The notes beneath the pieces are model-generated. The model was not told the DNA's origin and made no database searches. It worked only from the letters and a program-made list of their open reading frames with translations. A stretch of DNA of 63,997 bases, counting the filler, from Lenisia limosa (lineage: Eukaryota; Protista; Breviatea): assembly GCA_001655205.1 (NCBI GenBank). It is 10 parts of 10 records of this genome, joined end to end, with 100 filler letters (N's around TTAATTAATTAA, not from the genome) between each part and the next. Parts side by side here need not be neighbours in the genome. Positions count along the whole stretch, not along the records: positions 33,833 to 42,635 come from LPNZ01009261.1; positions 42,736 to 59,561 come from LPNZ01005542.1; 8 more parts are not named here. The stretch is one strand, 5' to 3'. Shown in pieces: positions 33,855 to 45,585 of this stretch. Positions within the stretch are counted from its first letter, which is position 1; each line of letters begins with the position of its first letter. A program made the translations under genes and the position numbers.

Positions 33855-36800
33855 CTCAATTGACGAAATCGAGGCTCTAACGTCCACTAAATGGGGGTCT
33901 GACCGCACACCATCTACCACGGCTACTAACTCGTAGTCTCCAATAGGCCTGGGGGGGGGTGAATGAAAAATGTATGAAATAAAAAAAAACCAAATCCAAC
34001 TCTGCTGGCCTGTATTTGGAGCCCAAATTCAACTCTGTTGGCATTTGGAGCCCAAACAATTTCCCCGCCCATTTATCAAATCCCAGTAACCGCCAAATCC
34101 TTATACTCAAAAGAGACTTTACTGCAAATAAATATCCCCTGATGATCACAACCGCTCCCCACCATAAATCGGACATGTAGAAATCGAAGACCACAACACC
34201 TTGAGCATCGGTGTACTTGATTTCGGGAAGATGGGGCTGGGTGGTGAAGGTGGAGACTCCAAAAGAAGAGATTTTGTGTAAAATAACAGAAAAACAGAAT
34301 AAGTTTTATATAGATATAGATATATACATATGTATATATTCCAAAAGAAAGTATGCTTCAAAATAACCTATGATAGATATTTTCCTAAAACCAGTATTAG
34401 TATATAAACAGACTAGTGCTTCACTTCGGTTTGAAAAAGACTGTTAAAATATCGAGTTTATTTGGGATTTATCTAAAATCCAGTCTTTTTTGCACACCGA
34501 AGTGAAGCCTTCATACAGACCATGATCATATATATATATGTATATGTACATATCAGATATGATATAGTATACATATAATTATTATATTATATAATAATAT
34601 ATTACATAATAATGATACTCCCTCAACCAACACAATACCGCCCCCAACCAGTTTATGGTACTCCGCACTGAGCACTCGAGATGATGCCACTCTCTTTCCG
34701 ACCACTCGCCCGCCGTCTGATGGGAGGGGGAGTAAAATTGGAAACTTTATGAAACAAAAAGAGCCCAAGTCAACTCTGTTGGCTGAAAACACACAAAAAT
34801 GAAAACCACAGAACACCCCATACAAATGGAGTGTGGAAGGAGCAAAACAGCCCTGTTCCTGAGAGGGGAGCCGGATTCGTCTGTTACCTGTAGGAGTTAG
34901 TTTGTAGCAAAAAGAGAAGTAATGAATATGGGTAAAACAAAATGCAAAATGCTTACCATAATGCGAATGCTACGGGTAACACACATAATATATGCATATA
35001 TCGATANNNNNNNNNNNNNNNNNNNNNNNNNNNNNNNNNNNNNNNNNNNNNNNNNNNNNNNNNNNNNNNNNNNNNNNNNNNNNNNNNNNNNNNNNNNNNN
35101 NNNNNNNNNNNNNNNNNNNNNNNNNNNNNNNNNNNNNNNNNNNNNNNNNNNNNNNNNNNNNNNNNNNNGCATGCTTGTAATTTCAACCTGGGGGAGGGAG
35201 GTCACACGAAGTGTCTGTATGTGTGTTTTTTCTTATTATTCACAATTTTTTTTAATGTTATAAAATGTAGTTTCCTGTTTTCAAAAACAATAAAAATAAC
35301 AATAACAGGGGGCGCCATTCGATGATAAAGGTTGGTTATCATTTAGCTTTCTTAATTTCAAGCATTGGGGTATTAAAAAGAGCATCTTTTCAGAGACACT
35401 TAAAGAAATCCACCATTTCTCCCATCACTCAACTCACATTTGACACGGACGTTGCAATGTGGCAAAACGGATTTGCGTTATCAGGCTGATCCCAGTAGCG
35501 AATGAGCCCCTCTGTGAAGAAGGCAAGAGACTGGAGGGTCATAAATATCGCTAGTTCAGGCTAGTAGACCTCATAAAGAATACATTGTATCTTATTTCCC
35601 CCTGACAGCATAGGAACTAGTGGCGGCAATTGGAATGACGTTCTCGAAAGTAGCAACTCCATCGGAATTGGTCATTGCATAGTCGTTACGGAAAAGTACT
35701 ACACGAGAGTCAACACAGTTTTATATGATACATAACTATACATGAGATAGTATACATGTATATAATATGATGATTAGTGTAAATATCATATATTACATAT
35801 GATACATTCAGATCATACTATGTTTATCAATGACATCAACTATGACATACGATGATATGATATAATAGTAGTTCTGTTAGTATTATCGGTGTTTGAGTTT
35901 CTTAGCATTTTAAAGCGATGATAAAGAGAACTACATTCCTACACCCCTCTCTAAATTTTCATCATATTGTCAATTAGCAAAACCTCCACCTTCTCCCTCA
36001 TCCAAATATCAAAATTATGAATATTTCCTACAACACCCCCCCTTCTATCACCACCTTTTTCTTCTTTTTCTTCTTTTTCTTCTTTTTCTTCTTTTTCTTC
36101 TTTTTCTTCTTTTTCTTCTTCTTTTTCTTCTTTCTTCTTTCTTCTTTTTATCCCCCTTCTCCCCTCCTACCAACACCATCCCCGGCCGGGGCAGTGAGAC
36201 GATATTCAATTGGCGGATCCGTTGAGGTGAGGAAGACGGTTTGGTTCACCAGTGGTTCGTTCTGCTTATTGCGCACCACCACCTTAAGAAAAATGATGCA
36301 GGGAAAAACTGGGTGTACTGCGAGGGATAATTCAGCTTCTTCAGAAATCAATAATTATAAATATTGCACCCTCAACTGCAGAAATATTAATAATGATCAA
36401 TAGAAAACTTAACCCAAATCGCCAATCCAGGGCTTCACTCCTTTGGAAAAAATGACCGCCGAAAATTTTCGAGTGAGAAATTCATCATATTTGTTGTACC
36501 GTAGTGAAAAAAGTTATTTCCCATAATTTTTGAAATCATGAAATCCCAAAGCACCACCAACTGAGAAGGGAGGCAGCGGCTTCAGAATTTCAATTTCTGA
36601 GGGCGGCAAGGACTGCGGGGTCACACTGGTAACTGTCGATGCTGAAATGGTCAAATAAAAAAGTGAAATAATATTAACGTAGAATACTCAATGTCCTTAG
36701 TTTTTGATAAACAATCTTAAAAATATCGTGAGGTTTGAAGCACTTGGTACACATATTGGGCATGGGGAGCATGGAGTGCTCAGCCTTAGGTATAGAGGGT

Positions 36801-39175
36801 ATCACAGGCGAGTGGAAGGAGTGGATGCACAGTAAATTTCAAATAGGCCACGTCACAGTGGAAGGCAGATGTTAGAATAGTAGAAAATTGAATATGCATA
36901 ATATACTCTATGATACCTTTGATTCGAGAAAAAACAATAGGTGTTATCTGTCCAAGAGTTTAGAAGAGACAGATTCCTATTACATGCCCACTTATAGAGA
37001 CAATTCTTTGCATGTACTCAACCCCGTCGGTTGTGAGTGTGGCAATGTACTGTCCTGAGGCAACGTGATCCAACTGAAGCTGGTCGAAAATGGCAATCTA
37101 CAGGGTGACGCCAATTCAGTCAGTTATGTTCAGCTCAGCTCAGTTCAGTTCAATATAGTTAAGTTTGGGTTTCTCATTGTTTGCTATAGATGAAATAAAT
37201 TGTGAAGATAACAAAGAGAACATCTTTGGAAGCCCCCTCCCTACCCCAAAACAATACTTCGATATTAAAAATTAACGAGGTATTTGAGTATTATTATGAT
37301 ATGGAAAACCGAAATAGTAATTTCGGAATATACAGTATGTAAACAATCCAAAAAAAACCCCGACACTTATGATTCACTTTTTTTTATCTCGTAGAACCTA
37401 CTTACCCCATTGAGATCAGTGATAGCAGAATTGCCTGAGATGTCCGGAAGACAAGCGGTGGATTGTCTGTGGGCCTGTATGGAGTCCAAAAACAAGTCTG
37501 AAACATGAGGTTCTCGATTTTACGGTACAGATTCTGAGATCTCTGAATTCCGAATTAGAATTTGTGGCATTTGCAAATATGGATTTTACTTCAGTACAAT
37601 ATGATGAATTCTCCAAAAATTCTGAAAAATATTGAAATCCAATCTGTAATTATTCTACCAAAAAGAATAATATGCATTGACAAGCCTCACGACCAGCCTA
37701 GATAGCTCACCATGGAAAGGCAGGTTACTGTCGTGACAGAACATTGAAATGTCTATGTTACCGTAGCTGATGACTTCGAGAGTCACCTTAAAAAAAATTA
37801 AGGAAATACAGTCACCTAAAAAGGATGGGGAATGACAGTAATTAGCCCCTCAACACCGTATCTCAATGTATCTTTAACAGCATGGCAAAGATTGACTACT
37901 TGATCCAGTGAAGAATATAGAAGTACAAATCGTTATGCGGTATGTATGACGCGGGGGGGGGGGAGGATTATGGTGAGCGTACTGTCATGTTTCGTCCAGA
38001 TAGCCCAAATCCTTCATAGTTGCGGAGCCAAATCTGCGGGGTGAAAGGATGATTAGACTTCCAAAGAGCACTCTGGAAAACCTCTGACAGGTCAACTTAA
38101 AAATATCAAGATCTTCGAAAAAAATATCAACAAAATGAATCCGCGGCCCCGTGCCCAAGAATGCCAAAATCCCGCTTACGGAGAAAGGCATTCCAATGTC
38201 GGACTGGACTTTGTTGTTACTGTGCAATGTTGAGGGAAATGTGCCAATTTCTTGGGCCTAAAAGTATTACAACAACTGACAAGAAGTTATCATGCCTTAT
38301 TACCCCCAGTCACCGCCCTTAAACATTAACCACACCATACAAATATAGCAATGAGAAATAAGTAACAAGGATTTTCTAGCCGAAGCCGTACACCATCACG
38401 CTTATGAGAGATATTCGATTACAATACAATATGAATTCACCCAATCAATTGTCTCACAACTCTGTGCACACCAGCTTTCTGTGTGCCTCCCCAAAAAAGT
38501 GATCCACCCAACACCCCAACCCAAACCCTTGATAAAGCTGTTCCCCCTCAAGCAGCACCAATAAGAGCCCCCATCACTGCATAAAACACCACCACCTCCA
38601 CTATCAACACCTACAAAAGCAATAGCAAACAGTTTCAACCGCTGGATCCCTATGATCCTAGTTTCAATAGAGACTTAACTGTAAAAAAACCGTTCCCACC
38701 TGTGACACTGACGTTGTACCCTTGTGATGCTCGGGATTCAGCAAAATGGTCGGCATAATATCTAAATTGGGGATGAATTGGAATTGGGGATTAGATGATA
38801 TAATATCTAATACAGGATGACAAGATAAACACGTTTTCGGATTAAGAGAAAAATATGATATCTAAATTCGGGATTAAGTGGCATAATATCAATGGGATTT
38901 ATGGTGCATTCTTTGTACATAATCTGACATGATAGCATAAAAAAACAGGATGTCTAGTAAAATAACAAAACGGATTAACTGTGTATTAATAAACCGAAGA
39001 CGAGACAAAGTATCCAAACCCAAAACCTGGGTAGAAAATACAACAATTTAACACAATACCCCCCACCCCCTAGTCCAAATATGCAAGGTAGAAAACACCC
39101 CCTACTCAATGCCAGCGTAGAAAACACGACAATGAAGGCGAGAGCTGAGAGGTATCGTGATGCAACCACATCCTG
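33855..39175 (-). CDS. Membrane/secreted protein with repeated bacterial-Ig-like (Big_1/invasin-type) modules; both ends uncertain
   Basis: Hydrophobic exon SRYLSALAFIVVFSTLAL, then recurring VVVRNKQNEPLVNQTV / VTDESGSPLRNRAV, TNSDGVATF / TDAQGVVVF, GQYIATL / GDYELVAVVDG; continues into the linker at 33832 and probably upstream to about 40120. Confidence 0.55.
33949..34065 (-). mobile_element. Introner-like module, internally duplicated (Ig-like gene intron)
   Basis: GCCA(A/G)CAGAGTTG(A/G)ATTTGG twice, then TTTCATACA...CACCCCCCCCCAG|. Confidence 0.55.
34418..34509. mobile_element. MITE
   Basis: GCTTCACTTCGGTTTGAAAAAGACTG...CAGTCTTTTTTGCACACCGAAGTGAAGC. Confidence 0.75.
34717..34790 (-). mobile_element. 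Introner-like intron 3' module (Ig-like gene intron)
   Basis: CAGCCAACAGAGTTGACTTGGGCTCTTTTTGTTTCATAAAGTTTCCAATTTTACTCCCCCTCCCATCAG|. Confidence 0.6.
36055..36148. repeat. (TTTTTCTTC)n microsatellite in intron
   Basis: Direct reading; explains the poly-Phe ORF. Confidence 0.9.
36430..36508. mobile_element. Degenerate MITE
   Basis: GGGCTTCACTCCTTTGGAAAAAATGAC...ACCGTAGTGAA. Confidence 0.4.
38348..38492 (-). repeat. GCCGAAGCCG repeat, copy 4 (longest)
   Basis: AATGAGAAATA...GCCGAAGCCGTACACCATCACGCTTATGAGAG...TTCACCCAATCA...CAACTCTGTGCACACCAGCTTTCTGTGTGCCTCCC. Confidence 0.75.
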
Positions 39176-39435
39176 TACAAANNNNNNNNNNNNNNNNNNN
39201 NNNNNNNNNNNNNNNNNNNNNNNNNNNNNNNNNNNNNNNNNNNNGAAGACTGTATAGTATTTGTTGAATTAGGAAGGAGAGAAAGAGAGAAAGAGAAAGT
39301 GTGAGTGGGGGGTCTTAAAATATGGAAAAGATGAACGGAACTCAAGACTATCTTCAATACAATGAGAGTGATCATCTGGACTACCTTCACTACAATTAGA
39401 GTATTTAAGAAGTTGTTATGTCAGGGGGGTAGATT

Positions 39436-39555
39436 ATTACATCTTTGAAACAAAACTCAGATTCAACTCTTTTATTACATCTTTGAAACAAAACTCAGAT
39501 TCAACTCTTTTGTTACATCTTTGAAACCAAACAAAACTCAGATTCAACACTTTTG
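39436..39555. repeat. 38-bp tandem repeat x3
   Basis: (A/G)TTACATCTTTGAAACAAAACTCAGATTCAACTCTTT at 39436, 39474, 39512. Confidence 0.85.
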
Positions 39556-40143
39556 ACTACTTGAAAAACACACAAGTGTTAAAAACAAATAAATAATCGA
39601 GAGGGGAGGGGGTGGTGGTGAACAATGTGGGATCGTGCTTTTTTCAATAAGTTTTCGGTTTTTGAAATTTGTAAAAACTGAGGAAAAGTTGAATTGATTC
39701 TGGAATTGTTGAACAAACTATCTGACCTGATGACAAGTGACTCGGATGCATTTAAATTTACTCGGATATTTCGTCGCTTTCTTCAAATACATTGAAATGT
39801 TGACAAAATATGTTGGAATAGCAGAAGAGAGAATCGGAATTGAATTGGGTGAAGTCAATTGAAGAGAAAATCACACGCTTACCAAATCTTTGTTGAGAGA
39901 GAGCTTCCCCATCTTGTTTTAAAGTGAAATAATAGGAACAAGAACACCAACGGCACAAAATTAACTGATAGATTGCCTACTCGACCGCATTCTTACTCAC
40001 GTAAATAACAAAACTATTAAACAATAAAAAAATACTAACAAAACTTGCATGAAGATCCACCAACGCGCAAAAAAAACATAAGCACCTAAGTATCTGGGAC
40101 GACATATGTCCATGATTGTTGACCTGCAAATCAATAAAAAAAT

Positions 40144-40226
40144 TGACAACTGTGAGATTCGAACTCACGCCTCCGGAGAGATCACGACCTTAACGTGACG
40201 CCTTAGACCAACTCGGCCAAATTGTC
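40144..40226 (-). tRNA. tRNA-Leu(AAG)
   Basis: GACAATTTGGCCGAGTTGGTCTAAGGCG TCACG TTAAGGT CGTGA, long variable arm, GTTCGAATC T-loop, T-run terminator. Confidence 0.95.
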
Positions 40227-40289
40227 TTAGAATATGTTTTGACTAATTCAAAGACGATCATAGTTTTTTGTTCCACAATTGTATTTTGT

Positions 40290-40795
40290 CTGATTGTCGG
40301 CCATTCACCCAGACTCTGTTTCGCCTCTGTGCCCTCTGTGCCCTCAGCCGTCTACCCCGCATGCCGAGTCTCTTCGACATCTGTTGTCGGTGTGCCGCCA
40401 TCCGGCTATGGTCGAGCTGCGTGAATCTGCTCATGATGAAGTTCGTTCTGCTATTCTGGACGCAAGACTCTTCCCAAGTCCCGAGACCCGATCCCGAAGC
40501 TTAGCTGCATTCTCGGCAACTTCCTGGCCGTTTTGCGACCCTTCTACAGCCCGCTACGTTGCTCCGTCCTGCAGTCCTGTCTTCCCGTCCCCATCAACAG
40601 GCGGTTTGTCCATCGGCATCTGCCCTATGGTCAATGAGGCCCCTTTTGTCTTCTGATCAGCTGTCTGCTCTCCCAAAGATTCTGCTCAACCATTCACTTC
40701 TCGTCTGTGACACCAGCTGTGGCCTCCAGTACCTGACGTACCTCACCTCCCACCACCTCACTAACCTCACCTTTGTCTTTCAACCTCACCCATAA
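40290..40795 (+). mobile_element. 5'-truncated, frameshifted non-LTR retrotransposon ORF2 C-terminal remnant
   Basis: Intronless frame CPLCPQPSTPHAESLRHLLSVCRHPAMVELRESAHDEV is a LINE-type C-x2-C...H-x4-C zinc knuckle; the reading continues in another frame to a stop at 40795. Confidence 0.58.
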
Positions 40796-41379
40796 CCACC
40801 CTACCAACTTTACCTTTTCTTTCCCTCATACCTCCACCTATTCGATTTACAACAATTGAATATCATCCCTATTACAATTTTATGTGAGAGGTGAAACCCA
40901 AAAACGTTTTGCACTCCAAGTGCGGGATAACCCGCAGCATCACCACAGAAGTAATCACCATCACACCACCTCGCTCTAGTCTGTTTACCCGCTGCCAAGA
41001 CCGCCCACCGCCCCGCTCCAGAAGAGATCTCCCTCCCTCCAGTCCGTCCCCGTCCACTCCGCCGCCGCTCTCCTATGTGTCTTTTTTATCTTTGTTTTTC
41101 TGAATGTTTTCGATAAATACATTTTTTGTACATTAGACATAGCTGTGTCTTGACTGTGTTTTCTTTGTTAGTATAATTGATATACAACGCGTTATATTGC
41201 CATGCACTCTTGCCTGCTTGCTTACGTTTCTTGACTGATAACAACTTGCAACAGATTTTTTAGTCCACAATGACCATAACCCCTTCTTACTTGTCTGTCA
41301 CTTCAAATGAAAGATATGGCCTGTAATAAGCAAAAAAAATTAGTGTGTGATTAATTGATTATTTTTTCACTGCAAAGAC

Positions 41380-42437
41380 ACTTTTTACCTACTCCAGCAT
41401 TCTTCCGTTTGTTCCATTTCCGCTCATCCAGTCAGATCAACAAGATCATTTTCCTCTCTCGTTGGAAGCTTTAAAACCTTACTTTTGCCAATGTCAAAAT
41501 ATATAATTGTTAAATATTTAAATAATGAATTATAATAACCTTTTGATCCGAGAATACATTACATTTACAGTTTTTTTAGCAAGGATTCCCCAGGTTAACT
41601 CAATATAATTAATCAACTACATAAAAAGTAGCTGCTAATTGCCTGCTGCCTCCTGCTATTCTTCTGCAAGCAACAAACAGAAACAAAAAGCATAAACAGG
41701 AAAGTGACAGAATATTGAAAGTGCCAGCAGCAGCGCTCTTCCTCTTCTTAAGCACTTAAAATAAGACCACATAGGAGGAAATAAGTGATTTAATCAGGCT
41801 AAAGTGCAGGTTTGCGGGGAATGTTGCATGTTGGGAGGAGGTGATCCTTAAGCAAGTCCTTGAGAGCTTTCATAAGCGTGTTTGCCCACATGCTGATGGG
41901 TGAATTAAGGCAGTATTTGGCATTTGTGAAATAAAGCGGAGATAATGGATAACTTCCTCCTCTTTATCTCCGCATGGTTTTCTGATATTTCTAGTATTTC
42001 TCTTTAATTATCTGAAAACCTGATAACCCGTTAAAATGTTTAAACGCCTTAATCGTAATTCCGCGTAGAATGTCAAAAACCGTCCTGTACTCTTCCATTA
42101 TCAGGCCTCATCTTGCCTCAATCATGAAGCTGGCTCTGAACTCGTGTCAAAAAGGTGCTGAGAGGGGGATCTCTCTTATCAAAAAGGTGCCAATGTTAAT
42201 TTTATGGTGTCATCCGTAGGTGAATTTGAGTGTAATCAATATGTTATATCTGATAAGTGTGTTTTATACCTATTATTTCATGGATAATTTGATAGCTTTG
42301 GCAGTTTCCCATAAACTCTCTTATTTGATCCTCCAGAAACAGAAAAACTGGTTTATGTCATTGAACAAACGAAGTTGAACATTCATTCCGAGTCACAATC
42401 AGCAAAAATGGTTGAGGAAGGCCTTCTAATGTCTAAG
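41380..42437 (+). CDS. Possible hypothetical gene (AT-rich exons)
   Basis: Exon-like ETEKLVYVIEQTKLNIHSESQSAKMVEEGLLMSK|gtgtgt and ASSCLNHEAGSELVSK; model poorly defined. Confidence 0.25.
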
Positions 42438-42515
42438 GTGTGTGTGTGGTATTATGTCGGATTTTGTCCACATCACAGGTTGGGGCTCTAAGGTGTGTGT
42501 GTCAGGGGGGGGGTA

Positions 42516-42606
42516 GCTTCACTTTAGTTTCCAATAAAGACTGAATTCTCGATAAATCCTCGATAAATATCGGTTTTTTTAAAGTCTTTTGGAAACGCAA
42601 GTGAAG
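42516..42606. mobile_element. MITE, core in reverse orientation
   Basis: GCTTCACTTTAGTTTCCAATAAAGACTG...TCTCGATAAATCCTCGATAAATATCG...AAGTGAAG. Confidence 0.6.
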
Positions 42607-42739
42607 GTCTGGTTTCATGGCGAAGGCTGGGGAGANNNNNNNNNNNNNNNNNNNNNNNNNNNNNNNNNNNNNNNNNNNNTTAATTAATTAANNNNNNNNN
42701 NNNNNNNNNNNNNNNNNNNNNNNNNNNNNNNNNNNTCCC

Positions 42740-45050
42740 TTTACTCTCTTCTCTTTAGAGCATTGAAGTGACTGTCAGCCCTATGAATTCTAGTATCCCT
42801 CACCACAAGCCAGACAAGCATGAGTAATGTGGGGTCATAATGGTTTTGTAACTAAATGTTTCTTGATTTATTTATACTATATGTAAACAGTATTTTCGTG
42901 AAAGATATCCTACCTTAATTAATCAGATAATAACTACATAATCAGAATATATATAAAAAAAAGATGAACAGTCACTATAGTGGCTGGCACATTTGAGTTG
43001 CTTCGTTTGATGCAATGAAAGAGAAGTGGGGGCAAGCATGACTGTAGAGTTAGCGTTAGATCAATAGATGCCTTGAGCTCACATAAATTCATCATAAGGG
43101 GTCGGCCTCACTTCAAGTATTTGGTTATCGGAAAGAGCTGGCTAGAAAAGGGGTCACAGTATGTCGGGGATTGGGCTAATATAGCCTCCTGCCCCCTATT
43201 ATCTTCTACTCACACCCCAAACAATGGTATTGAGACGTCTGCCTTCATTGTAGAGGAGAGAAATGTCATCATTACCAACATATCTAAAAGGACGGTTGGA
43301 AAAATGTCAAAGTATACAATTACATTGTTCGAGTAACAAAACCGCAACTTACTTGTCATAAATGCGTGCATACGCAAACTTCTCTCCAGCCAAAATGGGC
43401 TTATATTGCGACACTGGGGGGACGGCTGCGGTGATGTAATGGCCCAACGCCATCATGTACTACAATGAAATGTCGAAGAAGGAGAAACCTACCACTGGGG
43501 TGGTTGGGATAGCAGAAGTGTAAGTTTTGGTAGAAACTATGGCACCATTGAAAGAAAACTTAATGTTCTACAAAGTGACTCAAAATGAAAAGGAAATTCT
43601 ATGAAGGTGTAACCCACATTGTCGGCCTCGAATTTAGCTATAACGATGTGATTCCAAGAATTATAATTGATAGTCACTGGAGCTGATTGAGACTGTCCAT
43701 TGATATACAGCTCAAAACTATTGGAGGTCTGAGAGGTCAAAATATGATGCATATATATGATAGAGATATACTAGATTCTATATGTCCCGAAGCACTAGAA
43801 AGGCAAGACCCCCACTTTGATTAGTCGTAGGATCATCCTAAAACGTTCAACGCCGTCAGCAACGCCAAAAACGTGGTAGTATGAACCACCTCCTGAAATG
43901 GGGAAGACCCATGCCTGGATAATTCAGAGAAGGGGGGCCTGGATAATTCAGGGAAGGGGGGCCTGGAGTGCCAGCAAGTAATGAGAAGGGATTAAATTCC
44001 AAATCATACACAGCGCAAGCATGTGGCTTGCATTTATTTATTTCCCTGGATTTCTAATGTTGTACATTTCTCTTGCTTCAAAAAAGCATACCTCCAAAGT
44101 CCATCCATTGTCTGGGAAGGTGAAGTTATCCATAGGGCCTCCCGTGATGTCCCCTGTGCAGCCACTTGTGACGACAACGTGGTCTAATGGGTTAGTACTA
44201 TGGAATCCAGACTGAATAATGAAATTCCAGCCATTTTCGATCATGAGGAGGTCCCAATTACATGAATCATACCTATTTCAGCAGGACGGGTACTGATTGT
44301 GACGGTACTTCCGCAGATTGATTCCTGGCATATCTGGATGTTGTAAATGATTTAAAGATTAACAAACTAAAGGCAGCCCAAACCCTCAGAATCAGTAGAG
44401 AGAATTATTATTGAGGTCACGATACGAGTTATTGAAGCACGCACCTTGGTGTTGTACACACAATTCTTGAGAGAAAGATCCAAAGTCATTGAGTTGATCC
44501 CTGCAGAGGGAAGCAAGAAGTCCTCCGTGCCTCCAACACTGGCAAATACCTAAGTCGTGAGTCTCATCAGCAAGTCCAAGAAGCTTCACAACACTACCAG
44601 CCCTTGCCACCTTCAACACCGCTGGCCTCGGAACGTTGCTAATGTCCAGGGTGACCCTCGGCTCAATTTCGCTTGAAGATGTCACTGTGAAGCTTGAAAG
44701 CCCGTCCCTTTGCGTCATCTCTGGGTAACATCAGATGATCCAAGTTTCAATAGACTTTTACTACAAAAAACACAGCAAAGAGTCAGAGAGCAAAAAAAGT
44801 CAACCTATTTCAAAGGCCGTGGGCTTATGCACTGCATAATCCAAGAGCATAACAGTCGCAATACCAAGCCTTACCAGTCTGAACGGACTTGAGTTGGTGC
44901 TAAGAAGGTGAGATAAATAAACCACAAAGACAGCACTAGACAGCACTAATAAATCAAGATAAAAAAACTTAAATCGCCTCCAACATAAACAGCAGGGTGG
45001 GCATCATCAACAGGGTCTTGAAAATGAGCAAGATGAAGACCTGTTGCCAG
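42740..45050 (-). CDS. Putative secreted LamG/concanavalin-A-like domain protein (3' truncated)
   Basis: FTFPDNGWTLE|AWVFP and FELYINGQ...WNHIVIAK match LamG-type patterns; Cys-containing exons follow. Confidence 0.55.
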
Positions 45051-45585
45051 AGTTTCAATCAGGGCATGGTTTAAACTAGTCAGTCAGAAACATCAAAAAT
45101 ATGGCTTGTGAACTTCCCTTCCTTCCCACCCAATAAATGTAAACAGCAAGACGACACTGATAAACATGATGCAAGAAGGAGGGAGAAGAGGGCTTAAGGT
45201 TGGTCGTTTCTCTGGTCGTTCCTTTTCTCCTCTTCTCTACTACTCAAACTTCTACTACTACTACCACACTGTACCGTTATGACCTGATGGATTTTTCCAC
45301 ACCGCCCTCACTGGAACTCTGGACCCCCCCCCCAAAACATTTGAGTTTGATATAGCTCGGAGCCCATGGAGGGTACAGGGTGCACACCCCTGATGATCCC
45401 ACTGTTCACGTTTTGATGCATGGGGAGGCTATACAGGGCTTTTTAAATCCCCTGCTCTACATAATCTTGCTTCCATCATAATTTTGTATTCAAAACTGCC
45501 TTGTACTGTCTTGTTTAAAAGTTGTGTGTGTGTTGGCCAAATTGATTTATGGTGGTAAAGTGCCCTGGCCCTACCTCAGCTCACC

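Noticed and set aside
36017-36403. Poly-Phe ORF
   Set aside because: Translation of an intronic microsatellite, antisense to a real exon.
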